From: Ancylonema sp.
Lineage: Eukaryota
DNA: 40,119 nt
Assembly: GCA_050230475.1 (NCBI GenBank)
Contig: JBFLGF010000065.1
Span: 62,001 to 102,119, forward strand
Direction of reading: 5' to 3'
Shown here: positions 1 through 12,396 of the stretch, one piece after another
How the letters are laid out: each line of letters opens with the position of its first letter
Numbering within the stretch: position 1 is the stretch's first letter
Program-made: the position numbers and the translations under genes
The notes under the pieces: generated by a model
Databases searched by the model: none
Told to the model about the DNA's origin: nothing
Seen by the model: the letters and a program-made list of their open reading frames with translations, nothing else

Positions 1-211
1 TATATACATACATACACAAACAAGCACACACTCTCCCTATTGTCATGTACAAACACCTCTTTCTACTCACATTGATACCTTTACCTACACATAAACTCAA
101 ATACATTCATCAAAGGCGCACAAATTTTCATTATCGCAGAAAACTATATCCTGTTTCTTTACACAGGTTTTTTTGGGTTCTAAATTGAGTCCCCCTCTGC
201 TTCTCCCGCAG

Positions 212-3200
212 CTTCCTACGTGAGGTGGCTCCAGAGAGTGGAGAAGAGCATTGAGTGGACCAAGTTCATGGGGAGTAGCAGCCTAGAGGAGGCTTATAAG
301 CTCGTCAAGGCAAGGATTTGGGGGGTCTGATCACCCTATGTCGACAGAGTACGTTCAATGAGAGTAAATGTTGTAGTGATTTGTCTGTAGTGGCGGCGAG
401 GGAGAGAAGGCAGGGAGGGAAGGTGAAATGATACATGTGCTTATATTGTTGTATATATATATGTATATATGTATTTATGTATATATGTATATATGTATAT
501 ATGTATGTATGTATATATGTATGTATGTATATATATGTATGTATGTATATATGTATATATGTATATATGTATATATGTATATATGTACATGACTACATAT
601 GACTACACTTATACAAATATACACCTGTATGTTAACATGAGAATGTGAATGTCCATTCAATTTCATGTATGAACATGTAGATATGCTGAAGCACCCGTAC
701 TTGATATACATACATGTAAATCTAGAGATCACACGTGGTATGCACAAATACCGCATCCATATCCACAAGACAGGGCCTGTAAGTATTGCTACAAAGGGGG
801 GGGATGAAAACCCTAAAAAAACTATTCTTGAAAGAAGAATGCGGCCCTAAATTTCCAACCAACAGTACTGAAGTGATGTCAGCCACCCATCCCCCAAATC
901 CTGCAGACGTTCCCAGATAAATTCCAATTCCTCCCCACCCACGCCCAGCTCCACCAGGCCCGTCGTATTCTGCGCAAACAAAAGGGGTCCAAAACGGCCG
1001 CATCCTTCCATGACCTCCCCCGTCTTCAGTGCTTCGAACCTCACAGTCGCCATGGCAACGCCAGGTGGCATCCGCTGGTAGGTCCGCCTCCTCTTCACTC
1101 ACTTCGCCGCACACGCCATGCATACTCGATATAGTCACATCGATCTCTGCGGGTGCTTTTCTGCGGGACCATCTGTCATCCCTTTGGGCCAGAAATGTGA
1201 CTATACAGAATAGAACTCATGGTTGGGAATGATAGCAGGTGGTGAACACATGATAAATGTGTTCTTTCACATTGAGACTGTAACCAGCCTCCACTGCCAT
1301 ATCAGACCCACATGGGGTGTCACACACGCTATAGTCACAACGTGCCTGCAGGTTCACACCCTACTTCTTCGACAAGCGCCAGCTGGACACCCTGGTGGGC
1401 CACAGTGTGGAGCAGTTCTATCTCGCACTCCTGCACAACCGCACACTGAGCCGGCACAGGGGGGGGGGGGGGCTGGGGAGGGAGGGGGAGGAAGAAGGAG
1501 GGAGCTTCATGGACCCCCCCGAGGTAGAATTCGGAACCTGATTCTCTACCTCTGGGTCAGGAGTTGTTGATGTAACGGGTTGTGGATGTGCACACGTACA
1601 TGTACTTATGTGTATACATACACATATACACGCACATGTATGTATACGTACATGAATGCATATGAAAGAATAAATTCACACGTAAACAAACATTTGCGTG
1701 TTTCATATACATATACATATACATATACATATGCATGTACATATGTATATATATATATGTTTGTGTTTATGTACATATACATATACATATATTTGTGTAC
1801 ATATGCATATACATATATATGTTTATGTAATTATACATACACACATAGTTGCATGATACATCACCTAGACCCTCCAATACATTGTACCTGATACGGCGAT
1901 AGAACTCGATGCGTCATGCTTTCTCAAGTTTGCCCATTACGCGTATCGGTGTTCGATACGATACGATACAGCCCGTGTCCCATTCCCAGGGGGGAAAACA
2001 AAAAATAAAACAAAGGATGCTGAAAAAAATTCTCGTTACAACGAATATTTTTCGTTGTATCTGATTGCAATAGCCCCATGTATACTAGGTTGGCAGGGCA
2101 CGCGTATCGCGTGTTCAGTATGATACGCGTACTGTGGCCATAGGATACGGGCTGCATTGTATCGGAAACGTATCCGATACGGTACGCGTATCGTGCAACT
2201 ATGCATATACCTACAGGTGTACATGTTTTATGCACATGGACAGTTATGTAAACATATCCGATACAATCCGATATCCGATATGTGAATGTACATGTAAGCA
2301 TACTTGTACATGTATGATAGCACTTGTGTACCTAAGCCTGCCTTGCTGGTGGCGGTTGGTGTACTCAGGTGCAAGAGCTGCTAGAGGAGCTGGGCAGTCA
2401 AGAGGGGATGATGGCGGGGATGGAGGTTGGGGTGGGGAAGCTGGCATCTGTGATCACCATGGACTGCGTTGACCTGGTGGTGCTGAGGAGCAAATGGGCA
2501 GAGGTAGATGGGAAGCCTTTAGAGCCCGCCTCTCTTCAGTCTGTGGGGACAGGTGGCAGGATGACAGGTGGCAGAGATGTGGAGGCTACAAGAGGGAGGA
2601 TGTGGAGATGGGGAGGGACCTTGGAGAAGATGAAGGAGTGGGCTGGGATGGGTAGGGAAGGAGGGGTGGGGGGGGCTGGGGAGCTAGGCAACAAAGCAAC
2701 AGGGATGGAGGAGGGGAAGAACGAAAGGTAACGTTTTGTTTTAGAAATACATAAGCAACTATTCTGGTACGTTTTAGTCCTACATGACGGACCCATTGTG
2801 TAAAACATCAAAGCCTTATTTCAAATTCAATGCAATACATTTAGTATGAATCAGTCATCAGCGAATGAGAGATTCCACATTTGTGTCTCTATGAAGATTT
2901 ACTGTAAAAGTGTATGCCAGAGCAATTGATGTTGTAGGCACTCGAAGCCTATCAGATACCTCATACATGTTGCGTGGATTTAATCTCTTACCTTTTTGTA
3001 CGCCGTTGATCAAAATCATATCGATGTGATACAACCTCTTTGTGAGTTGTACAAGACGTGTTGGTGTGACTTATTTTTCTTCAAATAAATAATGTGAAAT
3101 GATGACGACTTAGCTTGACATAGGCAGACAGAGTCGGGTCGACAGATGTGGCAACACGGGTTTATCATTGTTGAGCTTGACTTGACTGTTTGCTAATTTG

Positions 3201-6200
3201 CTTCGCTTTTTTGTTTTTTTCGTTTTTTTCCCCTTTTTTTTTGTTGTCTTTTTTTATATATGTATTTATGTATATATGTATATATGTATGTATGTATATA
3301 TGTATGTATGTATATATATGTATGTATGTATATATGTATATATGTATATATGTATATATGTATATATGTACATGACTACATATGACTACACTTATACAAA
3401 TATACACCTGTATGTTAACATGAGAATGTGAATGTCCATTCAATTTCATGTATGAACATGTAGATATGCTGAAGCACCCGTACTTGATATACATACATGT
3501 AAATCTAGAGATCACACGTGGTATGCACAAATACCGCATCCATATCCACAAGACAGGGCCTGTAAGTATTGCTACAAAGGGGGGGGATGAAAACCCTAAA
3601 AAAACTATTCTTGAAAGAAGAATGCGGCCCTAAATTTCCAACCAACAGTACTGAAGTGATGTCAGCCACCCATCCCCCAAATCCTGCAGACGTTCCCAGA
3701 TAAATTCCAATTCCTCCCCACCCACGCCCAGCTCCACCAGGCCCGTCGTATTCTGCGCAAACAAAAGGGGTCCAAAACGGCCGCATCCTTCCATGACCTC
3801 CCCGTCTTCAGTGCTTCGAACCTCACAGTCGCCATGGCAACGCCAGGTGGCATCCGCTGGTAGGTCCGCCTCCTCTTCACTCACTTCGCCGCACACGCCA
3901 TGCATACTCGATATAGTCACATCGATCTCTGCGGGTGCTTTTCTGCGGGACCATCTGTCATCCCTTTGGGCCAGAAATGTGACTATACAGAATAGAACTC
4001 ATGGTTGGGAATGATAGCAGGTGGTGAACACATGATAAATGTGTTCTTTCACATTGAGACTGTAACCAGCCTCCACTGCCATATCAGACCCACATGGGGT
4101 GTCACACACGCTATAGTCACAACGTGCCTGCAGGTTCACACCCTACTTCTTCGACAAGCGCCAGCTGGACACCCTGGTGGGCCACAGTGTGGAGCAGTTC
4201 TATCTCGCACTCCTGCACAACCGCACACTGAGCCGGCACAGGGGGGGGGGGGGGCTGGGGAGGGAGGGGGAGGAAGAAGGAGGGAGCTTCATGGACCCCC
4301 CCGAGGTAGAATTCGGAACCTGATTCTCTACCTCTGGGTCAGGAGTTGTTGATGTAACGGGTTGTGGATGTGCACACGTACATGTACTTATGTGTATACA
4401 TACACATATACACGCACATGTATGTATACGTACATGAATGCATATGAAAGAATAAATTCACACGTAAACAAACATTTGCGTGTTTCATATACATATACAT
4501 ATACATATACATATGCATGTACATATGTATATATATATATGTTTGTGTTTATGTACATATACATATACATATATTTGTGTACATATGCATATACATATAT
4601 ATGTTTATGTAATTATACATACACACATAGTTGCATGATACATCACCTAGACCCTCCAATACATTGTACCTGATACGGCGATAGAACTCGATGCGTCATG
4701 CTTTCTCAAGTTTGCCCATTACGCGTATCGGTGTTCGATACGATACGATACAGCCCGTGTCCCATTCCCAGGGGGGAAAACAAAAAATAAAACAAAGGAT
4801 GCTGAAAAAAATTCTCGTTACAACGAATATTTTTCGTTGTATCTGATTGCAATAGCCCCATGTATACTAGGTTGGCAGGGCACGCGTATCGCGTGTTCAG
4901 TATGATACGCGTACTGTGGCCATAGGATACGGGCTGCATTGTATCGGAAACGTATCCGATACGGTACGCGTATCGTGCAACTATGCATATACCTACAGGT
5001 GTACATGTTTTATGCACATGGACAGTTATGTAAACATATCCGATACAATCCGATATCCGATATGTGAATGTACATGTAAGCATACTTGTACATGTATGAT
5101 AGCACTTGTGTACCTAAGCCTGCCTTGCTGGTGGCGGTTGGTGTACTCAGGTGCAAGAGCTGCTAGAGGAGCTGGGCAGTCAAGAGGGGATGATGGCGGG
5201 GATGGAGGTTGGGGTGGGGAAGCTGGCATCTGTGATCACCATGGACTGCGTTGACCTGGTGGTGCTGAGGAGCAAATGGGGGAGACAGCTGGCGGGGCTG
5301 GAACCCAAGTACTCCGTCACAGTGGACTCCTTTCTGCAAAGGTAGTGCACCCCACTGCTCCCATCCCAGCCATCCCAGGCTGGCACCTCGACGCTCTTCT
5401 AGAAGGCATGGGTATGACCCATCCTCCCTGTCTCGCTTTTAATGTTTTGGGATGGGCAGAGCTGCGGCAGCGGAGGCAGAGGCTGGAGGGGGAAAGGGGT
5501 TGCCACCTGGCACAGGCAGAGACAGCTCAGCAAGTCAGGATACCAGCTCAGCAGATGAGGGTGTGATGGCGGTGGCGACCACGGCAGAGGTAGATGGGAA
5601 GCCTTTAGAGCCCGCCTCTCTTCAGTCTGTGGGGACAGGTGGCAGGATGACAGGTGGCAGAGATGTGGAGGCTACAAGAGGGAGGATGTGGAGATGGGGA
5701 GGGACCTTGGAGAAGATGAAGGAGTGGGCTGGGATGGGTAGGGAAGGAGGGGTGGGGGGGGCTGGGGAGCTAGGCAACAAAGCAACAGGGATGGAGGAGG
5801 GGAAGAACGAAAGGTAACGTTTTGTTTTAGAAATACATAAGCAACTATTCTGGTACGTTTTAGTCCTACATGACGGACCCATTGTGTAAAACATCAAAGC
5901 CTTATTTCAAATTCAATGCAATACATTTAGTATGAATCAGTCATCAGCGAATGAGAGATTCCACATTTGTGTCTCTATGAAGATTTACTGTAAAAGTGTA
6001 TGCCAGAGCAATTGATGTTGTAGGCACTCGAAGCCTATCAGATACCTCATACATGTTGCGTGGATTTAATCTCTTACCTTTTTGTACGCCGTTGATCAAA
6101 ATCATATCGATGTGATACAACCTCTTTGTGAGTTGTACAAGACGTGTTGGTGTGACTTATTTTTCTTCAAATAAATAATGTGAAATGATGACGACTTAGC

Positions 6201-6691
6201 TTGACATAGGCAGACAGAGTCGGGTCGACAGATGTGGCAACACGGGTTTATCATTGTTGAGCTTGACTTGACTGTTTGCTAATTTGCTTCGCTTTTTTGT
6301 TTTTTTCGTTTTTTTCCCCTTTTTTTTTGTTGTCTTTTTTGTTTTTTTTTTGGTTTTTTTTTTTGCTTTTTATTGAAAATGAATATACAATGTCGGTCAT
6401 TGTGATTGTCGCAGCGATGGGGAGCTGTTGTCGGGTTCTAAAGCGAGAAAGTTAGCGCCATGGGAGGTGCTCAAGCCGCAACAAACGATGATTGGAGTTG
6501 CGTATCACGGGCCACTCGGGGGCTTCACGGAAGCTGACATGGCACAAGCATATGAAGCTGCCGAGCAAGATCTAGAAGAGAAATCCCGCAGAGGGGAACG
6601 TAACGTAGTGAGCCACGCTCCGTTGTTTATCGCCGACATTAGCACCCCTCCGTCGAACGAAAAGAGTGCGTGGGATCTAGATGACTTGTAG
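212..6691 (+). CDS. Tic22-like family protein (At5g62650 type), 5'-partial. Intact exon chain: 212-309, 3690-3859, 4134-4305, 5151-5341, 5460-5813, 6415-6691
   Basis: Phase-consistent spliced translation: [34 protein letters not shown]...[45 protein letters not shown]...[14 protein letters not shown]...[31 protein letters not shown]...KPQQTMIGV...PLFIADIS...*. This matches recalled motifs of plant Tic22-like proteins (FQFIP, PVFSAQNL, WYTPYFFDK, EPPEVQE, VDSF, PLFVAN). The first intron uses a GC donor. Confidence 0.8.
451..590. repeat. Intronic TA/TATG microsatellite
   Basis: Mixed gtatatat/gtat repeats; second copy at ~3256-3372. Confidence 0.9.
907..2727 (+). pseudogene. Defective duplicate exons of the Tic22-like gene (907-1077, 1352-1523, fused exon 2369-2727)
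   Basis: Near-identical to 3690-5813, but the C-run at ~1017-1021 has an extra C (171 vs 170 bp exon, frameshift). A 304 bp deletion joins RSKW directly to AEVDGK. The shifted frame stops at TGA 2470-2472. Confidence 0.75.
1844..2203. mobile_element. Non-autonomous DNA transposon (MITE, hAT-like) in an intron
   Basis: 16 bp TIRs CATAGTTGCATGATAC ... GTATCGTGCAACTATG (1 mismatch). The 8 bp flanks catacaca/catatacc match at 6/8, a possible decayed TSD. Subterminal GATACG/CGTATC repeats; homologous to 30141-30563. Confidence 0.75.
3256..6340. repeat. Tandem duplication unit 2 (~3.1 kb; carries the intact exons)
   Basis: Direct copy of 465-3255 plus the 304 bp missing from unit 1 (~5280-5583). 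Confidence 0.95.
4626..4985. mobile_element. Second copy of the MITE, carried by the tandem duplication
   Basis: Same sequence as 1844-2203 at offset 2782. Confidence 0.75.
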
Positions 6692-8064
6692 CCTCTCGGA
6701 TTTTTTTTTGGTGGACATTGTTTGTTCTCGTCATTGATTTGGAGCTTCCATCGCACCCAATTGGAATGGGAACACTGAAATAGTTGCTTCTCATGATTTG
6801 CGGAGGATAATTGCTATCTAGATATGCGGTCTTTACACATGCATTTTTATCATCAATTGTCATCAATTTGGGAAGCACTGATTGTGTCTTGATTTTTTTT
6901 TATTTACTTAGGATTTAAATTATCTATAATGCGTGATGCGTAACATATTCATGAGCAATGGGAGAGTAAAAGAGTAAAAGAAGAGTAAAGCAAGAGAGTA
7001 AAAGAAGGTTGTAGGGATTTGCGGTCACAGTGAATCGCAAATGAGTACATGCTGCTACACGCGTGAAAAGCGCTAATGCGCCGAGAGTCTCCGCAACTTT
7101 GGATGTATTTGTTTGCTTGGATCGTTGGGTTTGTCTATCAAGCTTGGATATTGGGGTGGCAATCGCCAGGTTTGTTAAAGAGCATGGTCAACGCACTCGA
7201 CGGATCGATATGTATGGTAAGATATTCGATCCATTGAAATGTGACATGGCCACGCACACTCACCGTGTTGTGTGATCCGCTTTGTTTCGCTACGGGGCAT
7301 AGACGCAATGGTTGAGACAACCAAATGCCGTGTTACATGTATACCTGCGTACCATATTTTGTACTACAGTGATCGCAATGTCGACAACACAAAATTATTC
7401 GGAGGCGAGATCGTCTTTGCCTGAACTGACCGGGAGCCATCAGATGCCAAAGTGCGTGATCAATTCTGATTTCCATACAACGTAGGAGTGTCATTTGCCT
7501 TACATGCATAAGGACATGACGAAGGCACATCAGCATGCCGTCAAGGGGTTTACACATTATGCACTACTAAAACATGCATTCGTTATATCGCACATTCTCC
7601 GCATTCGTAGGGCACATGATGCGCTGTGGTACGTCAAAAGCATTTTTATGCGGGCATTCCGCATTCACTCGAGAATGATCGTCATACGTTCTACGTCACT
7701 GATGCAATCACTTCGCTATTAACGTAGTAGCTTGGCCAAAAAAATATATAACATGAGTCATGAAAGTGAAATAACATTGTCATGCATGATCGCGTCATGT
7801 CAAATTAGCGATGTATTGGTTCCAAGTTCCACCAAACGAAGCACTGATTCTTATCGTCCATTTTCTGGTTTTAGATCGATAAGTGCATTGCGGCCATCCG
7901 ATCGTCGAAACCATCGACGCGTCCTTTCGAGTAGATGAAATTTGGCAAGAGTCAAAACTAGATCTTACTAGTTACCGCTAGGTCGTCTGCCGATCGCTAT
8001 GTCAGGTTGATTGACACCACACACGACAGCAGAGAGCTAAGAGCGGAACATTCACTATACATGT

Positions 8065-8970
8065 ACAGCCGGCTAGCAATCTCGCAGGTTTGCGAGACTT
8101 GCACCGAGTAAGAGACTTTTCCATACGAGCTTGTGTATTGTGTCTATGTGATTGTCTCTCGGTTGTCGCCTCACCGTGTTGATGTATGCACGTTGTCGCT
8201 CTCACACACAGTTGTACTCACACATGAGCACTTTCCTTGAGTGATCCACACTTTAGTCGATAGCCTGACCTGCTTACGCAGCTAGCTTCTGTCTTGTATC
8301 AGTGCCATGATCTCATGATAATGTGTGTGTGACTGAGATTGTGTGCGTCGACACGGTTAGATGACTACATTTTGACGCTTGAGTAGTTATACGTGTGTAT
8401 TGCATCACGATCGCATCTAGCACGTCAACATCATAGATAGTGCTCGTTACTAAATGCATAAATTAAGCTACACCATGATTACGTCGCCCTTATCACATAG
8501 ATCCCCATTGCCATCGAGGGGAATAATCAATAAGTGTGAGGCAATAAATTGCGGAACCACGGTGCCGTTATAATGCTTACGCATTTGCTTTGTACGTAGC
8601 ATGGAGCTAAATGATAATGATAAATTTATATGATACCACATCTGTGCATTTTACACTCGAATTGCCCGATGAGGGCTACAAGTTTCAAAGTGCTGTTTTC
8701 TAAATAAGAGTAAATTCTCGCATCACCAAATGTATTTGTTTTCCTCTTTTTTAATGTCATAGACAAGGTATTAAAAAAAATTCTACAGGCCTGGAACGTA
8801 GTCGACTATTCGTAGTCAATATTGTTGCAAGAATGGAAAGCTTAGTTGTTATGCACACTGAATATGAGCACGCAAGAGCATGTCGACGTGGCTGAGTATA
8901 GCTGGTTCACATGAGCGGACATGATACTAAACGTTGCATGCTAACGGATTGGAATGGCGAAGAATATTTT
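8065..8970. repeat. 906 bp direct repeat, copy R1
   Basis: acagccggctagcaatc...gcgaagaatatttt is repeated at 10248-11153; I found only ~3 substitutions by eye. Confidence 0.95.
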
Positions 8971-9629
8971 GTGGAATTTACAGTGTTTGGCTTTTAATAT
9001 CAAGCGCCATGACAGACCTGAGGCAATACTGAAAATTTAACCCCTGCTTATTAAAGCATTTTGGTGCCGACATTTCTGCATGGTATAATCGAACGATCGA
9101 TCGACAGTTTTCTCTTGGAGGCATTTACCGGGCTTAATTTTTTTTCAAAATAATCATGTTGTTCAGCCAAGTCGACGAGAAGTCATCGATATTGTAGAGC
9201 CTTTTTGGACGCCTCCACGTAGCATAATCATCGACCAATCGGCACAAAATCATGACCAAGTGACATCGTATTCACATAATTTCCGTAAAACTCTTGACCT
9301 GTTTCACATGGACACCCATCGATGATTCTGCGGGTGCTCGCCTTAATAACAGGGAATCCTCCTTGTTTTACAATATCACACGTGACAAGCTAGAAATTCG
9401 ATGTAGGCATGGGCCCCCGACATATTGAAAGTGATAGTGACCCTCTACCGTCCGCCTTCCATGCGGCATTGCAATGATAACAGTACATATATCGAGCTTC
9501 ATTCACTCTACTGTAGAAATTATCTATCGACATAGTTGTGAGTGTAGTGACGAGGAAGAGAGTCTGCGAGAACGCTTATCATCGTAACCATCCTCGTAGT
9601 AAAGTTATTATCGATTCTTCATCGCTACA

Positions 9630-10259
9630 ATGCAGCTCTTTAATTCGTGCCTTCAGATTGCAGCCGTCATCCTCTCACTCACCCTGCTTTGTAAAGCTGG
9701 GACCCCCTTCTGTAATCAGTACGTACGATCAGAAGGCTTCCAGTGCCGAGAGTACACCGTAAGTTTTATCCCCCGAACCAATGCTTATATTAACGCGATG
9801 TAGCATTGGTGATACTTTTCTCTTCTCTCTTCCGTTCAATCATCCTATATAAACACCAAACAGGGGCGGCTGAAATTCACGGAGCAACGTATGTCAGTGA
9901 AATTAATTTAGAATCTTCGTCTGATGGCCGATTCCGTGCGAAAAAAACTCTCGTTGTTCATCATGACCACTGTCTCATAGCACACCGCTCATACGTAACC
10001 GCCCTTTTTCTCTTTTTTTCAGGTCACGACTCCCGATGGCTTCATTCTCCACCTCCAGCGAGTGGGAGCGTCTGGGATATCAACTACAGTATCTCCCCAA
10101 ACCACTGTTAAGCAGCCGGACGTCACGTCGCATGATGGCGCAAATGCTCCGGTGTCTCCACCTTTTGCGCCACACTCCGACAAATTCCCTGTCATATTCG
10201 ATCATGCGATTTTCCTGGGAGCCGGCGTTTGGTTCAACGTTCCGGGGACAGCCGGCTAG
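9630..10259 (+). pseudogene. Truncated lipase paralogue fragment (exon 1 9630-9758, partial exon 2 10023-10247 reading into R2, stop 10257-10259)
   Basis: MQLFNSCLQIAAVILSLTLLCKAGTPFCNQYVRSEGFQCREYT|VTTPDGFILHLQRV...HAIFLGAGVWFNVPG-TAG*. Homologous to 12397-13029 but cut off by R2. Confidence 0.85.
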
Positions 10260-11153
10260 CAATCTCGCAGGTTTGCGAGACTTGCACCGAGTAAGAGACT
10301 TTTCCATACGAGCTTGTGTATTGTGTCTATGTGATTGTCTCTCGGTTGTCGCCTCACCGTGTTGATGTATGCACGTTGTCGCTCTCACACACAGTTGTAC
10401 TCACACATGAGCACTTTCCTTGAGTGATCCACACTTTAGTCGATAGCCTGACCTGCTTACGCAGCTAGCTTCTGTCTTGTATCAGTGCCATGATCTCATG
10501 ATAATGTGTGTGTGACTGAGATTGTGTGCGTCGACACGGTTAGATGACTACATTTTGACGCTTGAGTAGTTATACGTGTGTATTGCATCACGATCGCATC
10601 TAGCACGTCAACATCATAGATAGTGCTCGTTACTAAATGCATAAATTAAGCTACACCATGATTACGTCGCCCTTATCACATAGATCCCCATTGCCATCGA
10701 GGGGAATAATCAATAAGTGTGAGGCAATAAATTGCGGAACCACGGTGCCGTTATAATGCTTACGCATTTGCTTTGTACGTAGCATGGAGCTAAATGATAA
10801 TGATAAATTTATATGATACCACATCTGTGCATTTTACACTCGAATTGCCCGATGAGAGCTACAAGTTTCAAAGTGCTGTTTTCTAAATAAGAGTGAATTC
10901 TCGCATCACCAAATGTATTTGTTTTCCTCTTTTTTAATGTCATAGACAAGGTATTAAAAAAAAATCTACAGGCCTGGAACGTAGTCGACTATTCGTAGTC
11001 AATATTGTTGCAAGAATGGAAAGCTTAGTTGTTATGCACACTGAATATGAGCACGCAAGAGCATGTCGACGTGGCTGAGTATAGCTGGTTCACATGAGCG
11101 GACATGATACTAAACGTTGCATGCTAACGGATTGGAATGGCGAAGAATATTTT
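10248..11153. repeat. 906 bp direct repeat, copy R2
   Basis: Near-identical to 8065-8970. Confidence 0.95.
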
Positions 11154-12396
11154 ACATTCTATTTGATTTTATGTACGCTAGTTTCCATGATCTGTATGAT
11201 ACAAGACGTGTTATACCCGCAGAGAGAGCAATTGAAATCTCAGTTTACAATTTTCATTCTAGAGCAGAGTCTCCACTATTGGACGCATAGTATGATGGTG
11301 AAAATCTGCAAATAATGACTGCCAACAAAAAGCCTTTCTCGAGTGGTCCCATTCAAAAAAAATTCCAAATGTGTAAAAGAAGCACCGCCCCATGTCATAA
11401 ATGTTTCTATGATTACATTACGAACATAAGAAAAAAATTGCCCCGTGATGCCGACGCGGCACGTGTCAAAACACATACCATGTCAACATCACAATTATTC
11501 ACAAGGAAAAATTGTTTTGTTGCGACTTCTTGGTGATGCCACGTGCAATGAATTTCGTTTCGTGTTGTCGAATGCACAATCGCGGAAATGTTGTAAGCGG
11601 AAATAATATTGTATCTACCACGCTGGAATATGTTTTTACAATGTCAACATCCACAGCAAGGGCGTCATGAATGTTAAATGGTAGTTCAGCAAATAAAGAC
11701 ATTCAAAGACCGCTGATTTGATTTCTGGGGTTTGTGGAATTTGCAGTGTTTGGCTTTTCATATTAAATGCTTTGACAGACCTGAGGCAATACTGGAAATT
11801 TAACCCCTGCTTATTTAAGCACTCTGGTATCGACTTTTTTTCATGGTATAATCGAACGATCGATCAGCAGTCGTCTCTTGAACACATATACCGGACATTA
11901 AAAAAAAAATCAAAAAAATTACGTCGCTCAGCCAAATCGATGAGAAGTCATCGACATTGTAGAGCCTTATTTGACGCCTCCACGTAGCATAATCATCGAC
12001 CAATCAGCACAAAATCATGACCAAGTGACATCGTATTCATGTAATTTCCGTAATGCTCTTGACCTTTTTCACATGGACACCCATCGATGATTCTGCAGGT
12101 GCTCGCCTTGATAACAGGGAATCCTCCTTGTTCTAAAATATCACACGTGATAAGCTAGCATTTTGAAGTTGACATGGGCTCCTGACATATTGAAAGTGAA
12201 AGTGACCCTCTTCCGTCAGCCTTCCATGCGGCATTGCAATGATACCAGTACATATATCGAGTCTTCATCCACTGTATTGTAGAAAATGATCTGTCGATAT
12301 AGCGGTGAGTGGAGTGACGAGAAATAGATTCTGCGAGGACGCTTATCATCATAACCATACTCGTAGTAAAGTTTTGATCGATTCCTCATCGCTACA

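Larger units (their letters stand above)
465..3255. repeat. Tandem duplication unit 1 (~2.8 kb)
   Basis: The sequence is repeated at 3256-6340. ORF-track offsets are 2783/2782 before the deletion and 3086 after it. The junction lies in a T-run/TA microsatellite. Confidence 0.95.

Noticed and set aside
907..2727. Copy-1 exons sum to 702 bp (a multiple of 3), so including them might preserve the frame
   Set aside because: The shifted frame meets TGA at 2470-2472.
6700..8064. Short ORFs and AGAGTAAAAG repeats downstream of the Tic22-like gene
   Set aside because: No coding signal is recognisable; treated as 3' UTR/intergenic.
8062..11156. R1-A-R2 as an LTR retrotransposon/TRIM (the composite begins TGT and ends ACA)
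   Set aside because: The individual repeats do not each start TG and end CA. There is no matching TSD (ataca vs ttcta), no PBS or polypurine tract and no gag/pol sequence.
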